The position numbers and the translations under genes are program-made. Under the pieces are notes generated by a model that was given only the letters and a program-made list of their open reading frames with translations, was not told the DNA's origin and did no database searches. Below are positions 27,021 to 38,885 of a DNA stretch of 56,835 nucleotides, piece by piece; the stretch's first letter is position 1; each line of letters starts with the position of its first letter. Source of the stretch: Octopus bimaculoides (taxonomy: Eukaryota); the NCBI RefSeq assembly GCF_001194135.2, contig NC_068995.1:52784538-52841372 (forward strand), read 5' to 3'.

Positions 27021-27302
27021 CTATAGAAAAAAAAAATTAAAAAGAAAAAAAAACAAGACAAAAAGAAAACAAAAGCACAGGAGGGCGTTTTTCAATTCCC
27101 TATTTAAACATTTCCTGCAAATAATGCACCTAATTCAGTTAGCTGGTATTTTCAGCCCCTTGTTTTTCAAAAGGGATGCTGAGAAAGCTTTAAGGGAAGG
27201 AAGAAGAAATAGAAACCCATTGTTTGTTTGGGAGAATAAACAGCTTAATAGAACCCCTGTAATTGCAACCAAAAATCATTTTCCATTTAGGTGTTAAACT
27301 AA

Positions 27303-27592
27303 ATCATCGTTTAACATCCGCTTTCCATGCTAGCATGGGTCGGACGATTTGACTGAGGACTGGTGAAACCGGATGGCAACACCAGGCTCCAATCTAAATT
27401 TGGCAGAGTTTCTACAGCTGGATGCCCTTCCTAACGCCAACCACTCAGAGAGTGTAGTAGGTGCTTTTACATGTCACCTGCATGAAGGCCAGTCAGGCGA
27501 TACTGGCAACGGCCACGCTCGAAATGGTGTCTTTTATGTGCCACCCGCACAAGCCAGTCCAGGGGCACTGGCAACGATCTCGCTCGAAAATG
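27303..27592 (-). mobile_element. Family A retroposon
   Basis: atcatcgtttaacatccgctttccatgctagc...ggatgcccttcctaacgccaacc...ggcaacgatctcgctcgaa. Confidence 0.85.
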
Positions 27593-27984
27593 TGGCATTA
27601 AAATGCTGACTACATGGTGAATGAATTGAAACTTTAATGGAGCTTTTCTTTTTTTCATATTGTGACTTGGATAGAAAAAAAAACAGGGTTAATGGTAGGA
27701 AGGACATGCAAGGACAAAAGCAATTGGCCCTAAACATCCTTATAATGGAAAAAAAAATATCTTTGTTCTTCTGTAACCTCAAGCTGACCATTGCTTTGCA
27801 AGTGAATTTAGTGGACAAACTGAATGGAAGCCCATCGTGTGTGTGTGTATGTATATATATATGTATATTTTGTGTGTGTGTGGTATATATATATGTATAT
27901 ATGTATATATATAAGTCAGTAAATAGTTGGGTTGTGTTAACCGCATGTGGAGAAATAATAGGAAAATGAAAAATAATAATAAGG

Positions 27985-29189
27985 CAGCATATTTTAATGA
28001 AGATTTCTCTGACCGGCTTTCATTGCTAAGTAAATTTTCAAGAAGAGGGAGAATGAAAATGTTTTTTACAAAGAAGTACAAAATGAAGAAAATAATATAT
28101 AAAAAAAATAATATATAAAAAAATAAATATACCAATGCATTATATTGTCTTTGAGCTTTTGAAGTTCAATGGTAATTCATGTATATAATGGTTGAAAAAA
28201 TAAGGATGCATGAGAGTTGAGAGTTGTGTTAGGTTTAACAGAAGGGTTAAAAGTTTGTGTTAAGCAGGAAGTGTGGTGTCAAAACAGGAAGTATGTGTAA
28301 GAGGAGACAAATGTTTTTAGTTGGAGTTATGAACTCTTTTTTTCAACAGGAAGTTTATGTCTGTTCCTNNNNNNNNNNNNNNNNNNNNNNNNNNNNNNNN
28401 NNNNNNNNNNNNNNNNNNNNNNNNNNNNNNNNNNNNNNNNNNNNNNNNNNNNNNNNNNNNNNNNNNNNNNNNNNNNNNNNNNNNNNNNNNNNNNNNNNNN
28501 NNNNNNNNNNNNNNNNNNNNNNNNNNNNNNNNNNNNNNNNNNNNNNNNNNNNNNNNNNNNNNNNNNNNNNNNNNNNNNNNNNNNNNNNNNNNNNNNNNNN
28601 NNNNNNNNNNNNNNNNNNNNNNNNNNNNNNNNNNNNNNNNNNNNNNNNNNNNNNNNNNNNNNNNNNNNNNNNNNNNNNNNNNNNNNNNNNNNNNNNNNNN
28701 NNNNNNNNNNNNNNNNNNNNNNNNNNNNNNNNNNNNNNNNNNNNNNNNNNNNNNNNNNNNNNNNNNNNNNNNNNNNNNNNNNNNNNNNNNNNNNNNNNNN
28801 NNNNNNNNNNNGAGGTCTTGTAAGCGTATTTCTTGAGTGGTTGGGTCAGAGACAATGGTGCAAATTCTTTTAGCTAAATTAAAGGGGATATTTATCTTGG
28901 TGTGTTTTGGGTGGCATGAGCTAAAAAGGAGGTGTTGTTGTGAGTCTGTAGGTTTGTGGTAGATGTCGGTTGTGATTTGGTTATTAGGTAATTTTATAAT
29001 TAAGAGATCAAGAAAAGGGAGACGATGTTTGCTGAATTCCATAGTGAATTGAATGTTGGGATGTATGTTGTTAAGTATGGATTTGAATTCTAGAAGTTTT
29101 TCATAGGATTCCTTCCATATGATGAAACAATCATCCAAGTATCTTTTCCAGTTATCCATTAAATAGATGTGGAAAAGGTGTCCAAATTT
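27985..29189 (-). mobile_element. 5'-truncated Penelope-like element (RT fragment, N gap, probable 3' UTR/terminal repeat)
   Basis: RT/thumb peptide at 28812-29189; non-coding segment 27985-28368 on the far side of the gap assigned by position only. Confidence 0.6.
28812..29189 (-). pseudogene. Penelope-like reverse transcriptase fragment (Neptune-like)
   Basis: WKRYLDDCFIIW...LNNIHPNIQFTME...LPFLDLLI...TDIYHKPTDSQQHLLFSSCHPKHTKINIPFNLAKRICTIVSD: YxDD catalytic motif plus PLE thumb motifs; open frame until the gap. Confidence 0.92.
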
Positions 29190-29233
29190 ATATATATATA
29201 TACATATATATATACATATCTATCTATCTCTCT

Positions 29234-29402
29234 ATCCTTTTCTACTCTAGGGACAAGGCCCGAAATTTTTGGGGAGGGGGCCAGTCGATCAGATTGACCC
29301 CAGTGTGCAACTGGTACTTTATTTATTGACCTCGAATGGATGAAAGGCAAAATTGACTTTGGTGGAATTTGAACTCAGAATGTAAATACCGCTAAGCATT
29401 TT
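29234..29402 (-). mobile_element. SINE family D at the 5' truncation side of the PLE
   Basis: tctactctagggacaaggcccgaaattttt...gaatttgaactcagaatgtaa. Confidence 0.8.
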
Positions 29403-29868
29403 GTGTGGTGCGTCCCCCGACCACAACTTGACAACTGATGTACAAGTGTTTCTGTCCCCCATAACCTAGCAGTTTGGCAAAAAAGACCAATAGAATAAGT
29501 ACTAGGCTTAAAAGACAAGAGTCCTGGGGTTGATTTGTTTGACTAAATGAACAAAGAAACCCTTTAAGGCGGTGCCCCAGCATGGCCACAGTCTAATGAC
29601 TAAAACAGAAGATAGAAAATATAATAAAGAAATGATGAAGGATTCTGTTCAAAGAATACTTTACTCATTTATGCTTGTTTCAAATGATTCGGTTTGCAGC
29701 ATCTGGTTTCAATCAATCCATTAGTTGATTGATTAATCAACCAATTTGCACAACGCTTGTCTCCTGAGCCATTCTTCTCAAAGACTTAAAAGTGTCTGTT
29801 TTGATTTTATTTTGGAAAATAGCCACAATCAGAACCAGTGGAAGAGTTTAGCTGAAAGCTGACATATC

Positions 29869-30235
29869 GGTGCAGGCATGGCGGTGTGGTAAAGATGCCT
29901 GCTTCCTGACTGTATGGTTTTGGGTTCACTCCCAGTGCGTAACACCTTGGGCGAATGTCTTCCACTATAGACCCAGGCCTATCAAAGCCTTATGAGTGGA
30001 TTTGGTAGATGAAAGCACTTATGTCCCCCCCACCGCTACTACCACTTGCCAGCCGGTGTTGGTTTGTTTATATCCCTGTAACTAAGCAGTTCAGCTAAGG
30101 AGACCAATAAGATAAGTATCAGGGCTTAAAAGAACAGAAAAGTAAGTACTGGAGTTGATTTCTTTGAATAAAACCCTTCAAGGTGGTGGTCCAGCATAGC
30201 TGCAGTCTAATGACTACAACAAGTAAAAGATAAAA
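29869..30235 (+). mobile_element. SINE family B, full length including the ccagcatagctgcagtc tail
   Basis: Head as at 22613; tail homologous to isolated tail copies at 16335, 24105, 29420 and 45190. Confidence 0.8.
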
Positions 30236-31335
30236 ATATCAAAGATATTTCTTCACAAAATTTCCTCACCATTGAGCTTGTTCTGGATCTTGAGAGGTAG
30301 TGTGACCAGGCTAAACCTTTCAATATTAGCCACAGTCCATCTTCCATCAACCCATTTTCTGTCTGTTCAGTTTCAAGAACAAGATTTGTATCAACCTGAA
30401 ACTGTGATTGAAGATTCCACCAAGGTGCAGTGCAGTGGAATTGAACTTGGAATCACTCGACAGCAATATTCTAGGAGCAACTCAATATCGTTATTAGCTT
30501 CTTTTGAAACCAATTTTTCACATATGAAACAAGTAAAAGAATATATATGATGTGTGAATATTGTTGTGTTCCCATCTTCCAAATCCACTCACAAAGCTTT
30601 GATTGGACCAGGGGTTATAGAACCTAGAGGACATTTACCTAAGGTGCCATGCAGCAGGACTGTTTAGGGGTTAACAACAACAATAGCTATGACAATGATG
30701 TATATAAAACCCTCTATTCTAACATTAAAAAATAGAAATTTCTCATTTCATTTCTGTTAAAATAATCATTTGATCATCTTTGTTAAAATAACTTATGATA
30801 ATAATTTATCTTAAATTCCTCGGAGACATGTGCTAGAAATGGTTTCTCAGTGTACCATATCCTTATATGGAATTAGTGACTGATGTACTATTCTCATTCG
30901 TACAAAATTTAAAAAAAAAAAGATTTTTTTGTTGTTTTGTTAATTTTTACCACATGATAAACTCACTGAGAATTATTAGAAATATTCAATTTGTAAATTT
31001 AGAATTCCATTATGAATTCATTAATTAATGAAGGAAATTAACTATCAGAAAAATTTATTTTTAAAAATCTTTCTTCATTTCATGAAATCACACACACACA
31101 TAAAATAAAAATAAGATTAAGAGAAAAAGATAAGAAAAGTACAAAAATTACAACAACAAGAACAAAGACAGTTGATCATAAGCCAGCAAGAAATTCAGTA
31201 ATACCATAAAAGCTACAAGTGTCTGGGAAAGTTGATGGACTTGATTAAGATCTCTGTTACTACTGGTTGAAATACTTTGACTAATAATCATGAATTTGTG
31301 GCAATACCATTCAATAAATTAGACAAGAATCAATA

Positions 31336-31677
31336 GTTAACGACCCCATTCGGTCATGGATGATCATCTGATTGCACCTAGAAAGTTCCGCTCTGAGGCA
31401 CAAGTGAAGGTAAGGTCATTTATGGAAGACCAGCAGTCGCCCATGCATACCGGCCTCCCCTCTCCACACCACTGATGTTATCCAAGGGAAAGGCAAAGGG
31501 GCCGATACAGTTTGGCACCAGTGATGTCGCAACTCATTTCTACAGTTGAGTGAACTAAAGCAATGCGAAATAAAGTGTCTTGCTCAAGAACACAACACAG
31601 AGCCCAGTCTGGGAATTGAACTCACTAGCTCGTGATTGTGAGCCTGACCCTCTAACCATTGAGTCATGTGCCTTCAT
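31336..31677 (-). mobile_element. SINE family C with 13-bp TSD
   Basis: acaagaatcaata at 31323-31335 and 31678-31690; tRNA-like head on the minus strand. Confidence 0.9.
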
Positions 31678-32197
31678 ACAAGAATCAATATGTGAATGTT
31701 AAACTGAGTATGAGCGCTAATTACGAAATCAAAAACACAAGACACCTGCACAGAAGAAGGATTTGTATATGGCTCAAAGTGCGAAAAGAGCAGCCAAATA
31801 ACATTCAGATCACATCATGCCATCTTTAATATTTAGTGTTTAAACTGCTGGCCGTATCTGATCCAAATATTCTAGCTGTTTTATGCTCAAACTGGCCTGA
31901 TCCGACTGCTCGCACCTACCCTACAATGTCATTCTAAAAATAAACAGTCAAATCAATGAAATCATGAAGCTATGACAATGAATGAGTAATTCAAAACAAT
32001 GTAAAGTGGGTGGCAATTGGAAGGGCACCTGACCATAAAACCCCTAATCCAAATTGCATGTATGAGCATCTGTCTCTGGAAGACCAGCTCCCAACGGATA
32101 TGATTCAGACCTTCACAGCCTGTCCAACTCATACCAGCAGGGAAAGCAAATGTGAAAAAAGAATGACGATAATAATACACACACACACACACACACA

Positions 32198-32503
32198 CTG
32201 GCTTCTCGTGCCAGTGGAACGTAAAAAGCACCATTCGAACGTGACTAATGCCAGTACCTCCTGACTGGCTCCTTTGCCGGTGGCACGTAAAAAGCACCCA
32301 CTACACTCTCAGAGTGGTTGGCATTAGGAAGGGCATCCAACTGTAGAAACATTGCTGGATCAGGTTGGAGCCTGGTGCAGCCTCCTAGCTTAGCAGTCCC
32401 CAGTCAAACCGTCCAACCCATGCCAGCATAGAAAACGGATGTTAAACGATGACGATGACGACAACGATGATGATGATGATGATGATGATGATGGTGGTGA
32501 TGA
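32198..32503 (+). mobile_element. Family A retroposon with (GAT)n tail
   Basis: gtggcacgtaaaaagcacc...aggaagggcatcc...gttaaacgatgacgatg. Confidence 0.85.
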
Positions 32504-32970
32504 TTCACTTTATTAAGAGGTTGGCTGTTCACCTGGAAAGCCATAATATCTTAACCAGTTGAATAGAAAAGGCACAAAAGGGAGATACATGGCTGGGAAA
32601 AGCAAGTGCTGGTGTAAAAGGCAATTATCGAAGGCAGGAAAAAGAAAACAAAAGTGAAAAATCTTTAATATTGATTAACCAAAATGCATTTATGGCCTAC
32701 CACATTCTTGGATATTGGAATCATTCTGTATAAATAAACCAATGTGATACATGAACCATGACATACCAGAATGGGAAAATGGAAAGCATCCTTATGGCTG
32801 CCGGACAAATGGATGCTTAATACCATCTCCATACCCATAAGAAGAGAAATATTTTAAAGCAAGTCCCTCTTGCCATCTGCTCAAAGTTCCAGCTCCATAA
32901 ACAAATTTACTGAAAGGAACCATCAATTGTTATTATATTATATACCTTGTTCTCAATATGTATTGCTTAA

Positions 32971-33185
32971 CCCTTTTGGAACCAACCCATCTAAGGCTAC
33001 ACCTCCTTCTATGCTACAAACTTCCTGTTTTAAAGAGATCTAAATTAAAACCTCCAGTGAAAATTCCATGTTCATTTATGTGCCAAACAGCATCTTAAAA
33101 ATGACAATTACTAAATATTTCATTATTCTCAAAATTAATTAAAAATACAAGCAGAGAATTTCAAAGAAATATAGTCACAAAAGGG
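32971..33185. mobile_element. piggyBac-type MITE
   Basis: TTAA|cccttttg ... caaaaggg|TTAA (TTAA TSD, CCC-start TIR); a partial second 3' end follows at about 33200-33282. Confidence 0.7.
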
Positions 33186-33899
33186 TTAATAATGACAGTT
33201 ATTTTATGAAATTTTTCATTTATTTTCGAAATTAATGGTAGTAAAAGCTGTGTATTTCAACAGAAATATGGTAACAAAAGGAAACCGTTTCCAAGGAACA
33301 ATATCCATCTGAAGAACCCAAAAAAAAAAAATGTCCAAGAATTCATCCAGAATATAAAAATGATTACGTGATTATGGAGCTAGATAAATGCGCTAAAGAT
33401 TCCATTAAGAGAGGCAAATTAACTGCTACTGAGAACATTAAATCAGATAAAGATAGTGATAGGAGAAAATTAAAAGTGAACCACCCATTACAGAATTAAT
33501 GAAATTTATAAGATACAACACAAAAAAAATAGAGGAAATTAGAAAGAAATGCTCCAGAACAGTTAGACTAATACTGGTTTTTAATTTTGGCACAACACCA
33601 GCAATTTCAAGGGAGGGGCTAAGTTGTTTACATCAACCCCAATAATAAACAGGTTGAAAGGCATTTGGGATTACAATAAACAAATACTAAATAGAAATGA
33701 TCAGAATTCTAAGTGTGTAGATGTATGATAATGCCTTTTACTTTTTACTTGTTTCATTCATTGGACTGTGGCCATGCTGGAGCACTGCCTAGAACGGTTT
33801 AGTCAAACAAATCAACCCTACAGTTCTATATTTAAGAGATGAGGAATTATGTACATTATTTACATTTGACGGATATACGTCCTCATCTTGTTTGTTGTT

Positions 33900-33945
33900 A
33901 ACACAACATTTCGGCTGATATACCCTCCAGCCTTCATCAGGTGTC
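33900..33945 (-). ncRNA. Minimal type I hammerhead ribozyme (best-preserved copy)
   Basis: Minus strand: gacac CTGATGA a ggctg-gagggtatat-cagcc GAAAT GTT gtgtt; stem I gacac/gtgtt, perfect 5-bp stem II, loopless palindromic stem III. Confidence 0.75.
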
Positions 33946-34007
33946 TTGGGAAAATTTCGAACCTGGTCTCTCATTCCTAAGGTATTTTTCGATGTTATAT
34001 GCCCATG

Positions 34008-34079
34008 GGCATATGGTGTATTGGTTAAGAGCGCAGGCTACTAACCCCAAGATTATGAGTTTGATTCCAGGCAGTGACC
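34008..34079 (+). promoter_or_regulatory. tRNA-derived Pol III internal promoter (SINE head)
   Basis: A box tggtgtattgg 34014-34024, anticodon-like arm aggctactaacccc, B box gtttgattcc 34059-34068 (gttcgatttc in copy A). Confidence 0.75.
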
Positions 34080-34084
34080 TGAAT

Positions 34085-34118
<34 letters not shown>

Positions 34119-34194
34119 TAATAATGATGATGATAATAATAATAACATCAAAAAATACCTTAGGAATGAGAACCCAGGTTCGAAATTTCCCCAA

Positions 34195-34240
34195 GACACC
34201 TGATGAAGGATAGAGGGTCTATTAGCCGAAACATTGTGTT
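34195..34240 (+). ncRNA. Decayed minimal type I hammerhead ribozyme (right arm)
   Basis: gacac CTGATGA a ggata-gagggtctat-tagcc GAAAC ATT gtgtt; stem II and stem III substitutions. Confidence 0.6.
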
Positions 34241-35181
34241 AACAACAAACAAGATGGGGACAAATATCTGTCAAATGTAAATAATGCAAATCAACCCAAG
34301 TACTTATTTGTATTGGACTGTTATTTCTAGCAAAACCACAAAACCTCTGTTGCTCGTTCATCATTGCTAGTATTGGAAATGCAACTTTTCTTTTGATTTC
34401 TTGTATAAGAATTTCATTTTATCGACCATGGAGAGATGAAAGGAATTTTTAAAGTCTGGTTGAATTTAAACAAAGAACCAAAAGAATTGTAACTACTGCA
34501 AGACATTTTATATGTTATTCTACTGAATCAGTTCACCACCGCCACCACCACCACCACCAATAACAGCAACAGCATCAGCATCAACATCATGAAGCAGAAC
34601 TACCATACTCAAAACAGCAACCAGTTCTAACAGTTTTGAGTAGAGCTCGCTTGTCGATTACATTGAGCCTGGCACAGTGATTTGGCAGGAATAGGAACAG
34701 CTTAGTGAATAGGGTCAAAAAAAAAAAAAAAAAAAAAAAGAAAATTAAAATGCTGATGTCAGTATAGTAAGAGTTCTGGTCCACTGACTGATCTGAGCCC
34801 TGGGGGACAGAAAATGAAAAACAAAATTGAATCCTGCAGGATTTGAACTGAGATTGCAAGGAGCTGAAACTAAATACTACGAAACATTCTCTCTGATGCT
34901 GTAGCCATTCTACCAAATGATAATGACCATAATTGGAATCAAGATCTAATTAATTACAGGATGACAGCGACCATTTGGTGATGATGGGTCATGTAGACCA
35001 CATAAAACTAGGTGTTAATTAGGCTCTGTCACTAATTAACTAGAAATTATATTTGCAGTTTGGCTGCTTGTGTGGGAACCAGACCAAATTATTGTTGATT
35101 AACATCAGTCTTCTGCCAACTATATTCATAAACCAACTTCACGAACAATACTGAGAAATTTCTAGAAAAGGATTGATATTA

Positions 35182-35322
35182 GGTGCAGGAGTGGCTGTGT
35201 GGTAAGTAGCTTGCTTACCAACCACATGGTCCTGGGTTCATTCCTGCTGCGTGGCACCTTGGGCAAGTGTCTTCTACTATAGCCTCGGGCCGACCAAAGC
35301 CTTGTGAGTGGATTTGGTAGAC
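35182..35322 (+). mobile_element. SINE family B, young truncated copy
   Basis: Near-identical to 22613-22750. Confidence 0.85.
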
Positions 35323-35888
35323 AGAGGATATATATATATATATATGTGTGCGTGTGAGTGTGTGTGTGTGAGTGTGTGTGTGTGTGTACACATGTATGAG
35401 TCAGTGAAAGAGAGGGAATGAGAGGCACCTTGTAGTGACTCATGTAGACTCAGCTTTGAATAAATATTATTATTCCAATCCACAAAATGGTATTGAGTGC
35501 TTTTTTTCCACCTAATTGGTATTCACACCTGTGTGAATACCACAGTACATTATGTATTTGGAAGTGGGGTGTGTGTAGGGGATGGGAGGGGGACGTGTGC
35601 ATATGTGCGTGTGTGTGCATATGTGCAATGTGCTTGGGCGTGAAAAAGAAATATGAAAGTCAAATGCTGTTGTGTGTCTGAACTTTGGTTTAGTTAGCTT
35701 TTTGATTGACTATACATGCCAGAAAAAAAGAAAAAAAAAAGAAAAAATAATGAAACAAACTCATGTTTCTGGATTGAAAATAAAAGTTAAAAAAAAAAGT
35801 GTTGGTTTGAGAATGATATGAAAAAAATAATAATATATATATATGTAACCATGCGTGTGTATGCATATGTATACACTAACATATACAA

Positions 35889-35931
<43 letters not shown>

Positions 35932-36135
35932 TCTATCTCTCTTTCTCTCTCTTTCTCCATTATATATATATATTAAGGCAAATATGCCTACACACACAAA
36001 CACAAGAAATATATGCACAAGAAATTTCTATGTATGATCTTTCTCTTCCTACTCTCACCTTTCCATCTATCTATCTATCTATAACCATACCATATGTTAC
36101 ATATCTATACATACATACATATATATATATATAAT

Positions 36136-36174
<39 letters not shown>

Positions 36175-36984
36175 GCTGCATGTTTATGAGGGCCTTTGTT
36201 TCTTCTTAATCTGCTTGAGTATAGTAAGACTTCTCTGATGTTGTGAGAAAAGCAAAAAAAAAAACAAAAACTTCTCAGAGAACAAACTCAGTAACAAGTG
36301 CAGTGAGTAGCCAGACCAATAATGAGAGAAATGAAAAGACATTGGGGGAGAGAGAGAGAGAGAGGTAGAGAGAGAGGAAGTAGGGCAAGAAAGAATGGAG
36401 ATTGGCAGAGAAGGTTAAAGAAAGGAATTAATTTACTGAAATCTATTATTATATGGAAATGTATATAGAAACATGAAAATACTAAAATGAAATGAGACGA
36501 AAATAAATAATGCAATAAAACATCTGAGAGAGAGAGAGAGGGAGGGAGAGAGGGAGGGAGAGAGAGAGAGATTGAAGTGAGTTTACAGAAGAACAAAAGC
36601 TGCGTGGATATCTATTGGTGCAATAAAAATCCAGATTAATTAAGAATAAACCACAAATATGCATGTATGCATGAGTATGCATGTATGTATGTATGTATGT
36701 ATGTATGTGTGTGTGTAAGTATGTATGTATGTGTATGTATGTATGTATGTATGTATGCATGTGTATTGTTACATATATATCTGCACATACATAGATGCAG
36801 ACATGGCTGTGTGGTAAGAGTTTGCTGCCTCACAACAGAGTTCTGAGTTCAGTCTCACTGTGCAGTACCTTGCCAACTAAAACCTTTCGGGGGTCAATGG
36901 AATAAGAACTAGTTGGTTCCTGGGGGTGATGTTAAGAATCAGTCTCCCCCCACCCCCAAATTTCAAGCCTTGTGCCCATAGTCA

Positions 36985-37325
36985 TCATCATCATTATCAT
37001 CATCATTATCATCAATTAATGTCTGTTGTCCCTGCTGGCATGGGTTGGATGGTTTGATTGGGCTGGCACACTGTAAGGCTGCACCAGGCTCCAGCCTGAT
37101 TTAGCATGGTTTTCTACAGCTAGATGCCCTTCCTTATGCTAACCACTCCAAGAGCGTAATGGGTGCATTTATGTGCCACCAGCATGGGTGCCCATTTACA
37201 TGACACCTGTATCTGCCATGACTGTGATTTTGCTCAGCTTGATGGGTCTTCTCAAGCACGACATAATGCCAAAGGTTTCGGTCATTGCCTCTGTGAGGCC
37301 CAATACTCAAAAGGGACTCAGAAAG
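36985..37325 (-). mobile_element. Family A tail with a distinct upstream segment (possible RTE LINE 3' UTR)
   Basis: Shared tail 37015-37175; unique upstream part 37175-37325. Confidence 0.65.
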
Positions 37326-37629
37326 GATTATTATTATTATTATTATGCAGGGTGGTGCCTTGGTAGAATCACTAGCTTATCAGACAAAATGCTTAGCAGC
37401 AATTCTTTACATTTTGAGTTCAAATTCTCCTAAAGTCAGCTTTGTCTTTCATTCTTTCAGGCCATTAACATAATTACAAGTTGAGCATGAAATGATGAAG
37501 GGCAGAGTAATCAACATAATCGTCTTCGTTAAAATTGCTGGCCTTGCACTAAAATTGGAAACAGTTATGATTATTATGCTTTATGTTGTTACTTCTTTTT
37601 TCTTTTTTTTTTCTTTGTCTTTTTTGTTG

Positions 37630-38050
37630 TTGCTATTTTCGGTTCAGTTGTTGACGTCTCACATGTCTGCAATTTCTTTGAAAATTGGTCTCTAATCAAT
37701 AACCTTAAGGACTTTGCGTGTTAACTGATGGGTTTTTGTTTCAATAACCTGGTCCTTTCAAAGAAAAAAAACCTTCATTCTGGAAGTGTTCCAAAACGTG
37801 TGCCAGTTCTTAGATGTTTAATCATTTTCTTTTAATTCTTTGAAATTTTTTGCAAACCACTTCTAATGCTCCAATTACAACTCTAGATTCCATCTACTTC
37901 CTTTACAATAGTCCAATCTATTTTACTTTCCGATTCCAATCCAAGTTGATTGTGTTTTGCAATCTCTTCATCTCTCTCCGAGTCCAATTGTCAAGTATTT
38001 ATGTTGCTATTGTCATTGTATATCAGGACATCTGTCTTTCCGTTAGTTCC
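37630..38050 (-). pseudogene. Heavily decayed R4/Dong-like endonuclease remnant
   Basis: Frameshifted peptides ILWN..RCPDI, EEIAKHNQLGLE and VVIGALEVVCKK occur in the same order as motifs in 53706-54280. Confidence 0.3.
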
Positions 38051-38751
38051 ACAGGATGGTGGAAGTGGGTGAGGAGGAGTGCGGTAGAAGAAGAAGAAGA
38101 GAACAGGTGCAGAAGGCGAAGAAGATGAATGAAGTAGAAGAACAAAGAAGAATTGAAGAAGTAAAGAATGAAGAAGAGAACGAAGACTGCAGAAAATGAA
38201 TGAAAGAGAAGAATGAAGAAGAAAAAGGAAGAAGAAAGTGAAGAAAAAGTTGGTGATGAAGGAAAAAAGGGAAGAAAAAAGAGAAGAAGAAAGGTCTTTC
38301 ACCTCTGAACATTGTCTTTTTATCATTTCCAGCAGGTGTACTCAAAGAACAAACAATACAAACAACATTATCTCCGATGTTGTCTGATCTCTCTCTTTCT
38401 AGCTTTCGTTTCTATACGTTTAGTCATCATGTCTCGACCTTCCTTCACTGCATAACCTTCATGTTAACATTCCAATTGTTGTTGACATTGTTGTTGGAGA
38501 TAATAGTAGAGTAGTGGTGTTTAAACCCTAGGTCAATCCAGTGGTGGAACAAGGATTGTCAGCTGTGGATGGGGGTGTGAAGCAGAAACACTTTTTCTTG
38601 ATGGACATGGCAGGCCACATGAAATTTTGCATCCCATCACACCTGATTCCTGGAATGACTGAACCCTCTCCTCCACCACCACCACTGCCACCGCCACTGC
38701 CACCACCACTACCACCATACGGAGGAAAGGATGAATGAAGAGGCATGTCAG

Positions 38752-38885
38752 TAGTGTTGATATCTTTCAAGAAGTTTAGAATTTTTGAAGGATTCCGTGT
38801 CCTGATATCTAAATTGATGCAGGTAGTTTATTCCATGTTTTGGCAATTCTGAACTTGAAAGAATCTTTATGAAAGCCATGGACAC
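38752..38885 (-). pseudogene. CR1/L2-clade LINE 3' end fragment
   Basis: FHKDSFKFRIAKTWNKLPASI...QDTESFK matches the F..R....WN.LP C-terminal motif. Confidence 0.6.

Larger units (their letters stand above)
33819..34286. mobile_element. Foldback tRNA-head/hammerhead element, copy B, complete insertion with 11-bp TSD
   Basis: TSD caaatcaaccc at 33808-33818 and 34287-34297; inverted arms 33854-33998 and 34141-34286; palindromic centre 33997-34014; tRNA-like head 34008-34079; (AAT)n. Confidence 0.9.

Noticed and set aside
34008-34079. Functional tRNA gene (ACT anticodon-like loop)
   Set aside because: No proper acceptor stem, and it is embedded in a repeat; treated as a SINE head. The same applies to the heads of families B, C and D.
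33819-34286. CRISPR-like or bacterial mobile system
   Set aside because: No spacer-repeat array or cas-like ORFs; the context is clearly eukaryotic.
38533-38666. Plus-strand reading GQSSGGTRIVSCGWGCEAETLFLDGHGRPHEILHPITPDSWND* and open minus frames
   Set aside because: The 5' part resembles the decayed family E repeat (tttaaaccctaggtca...), the acceptor is weak, and several frames are open, so no frame is favoured.
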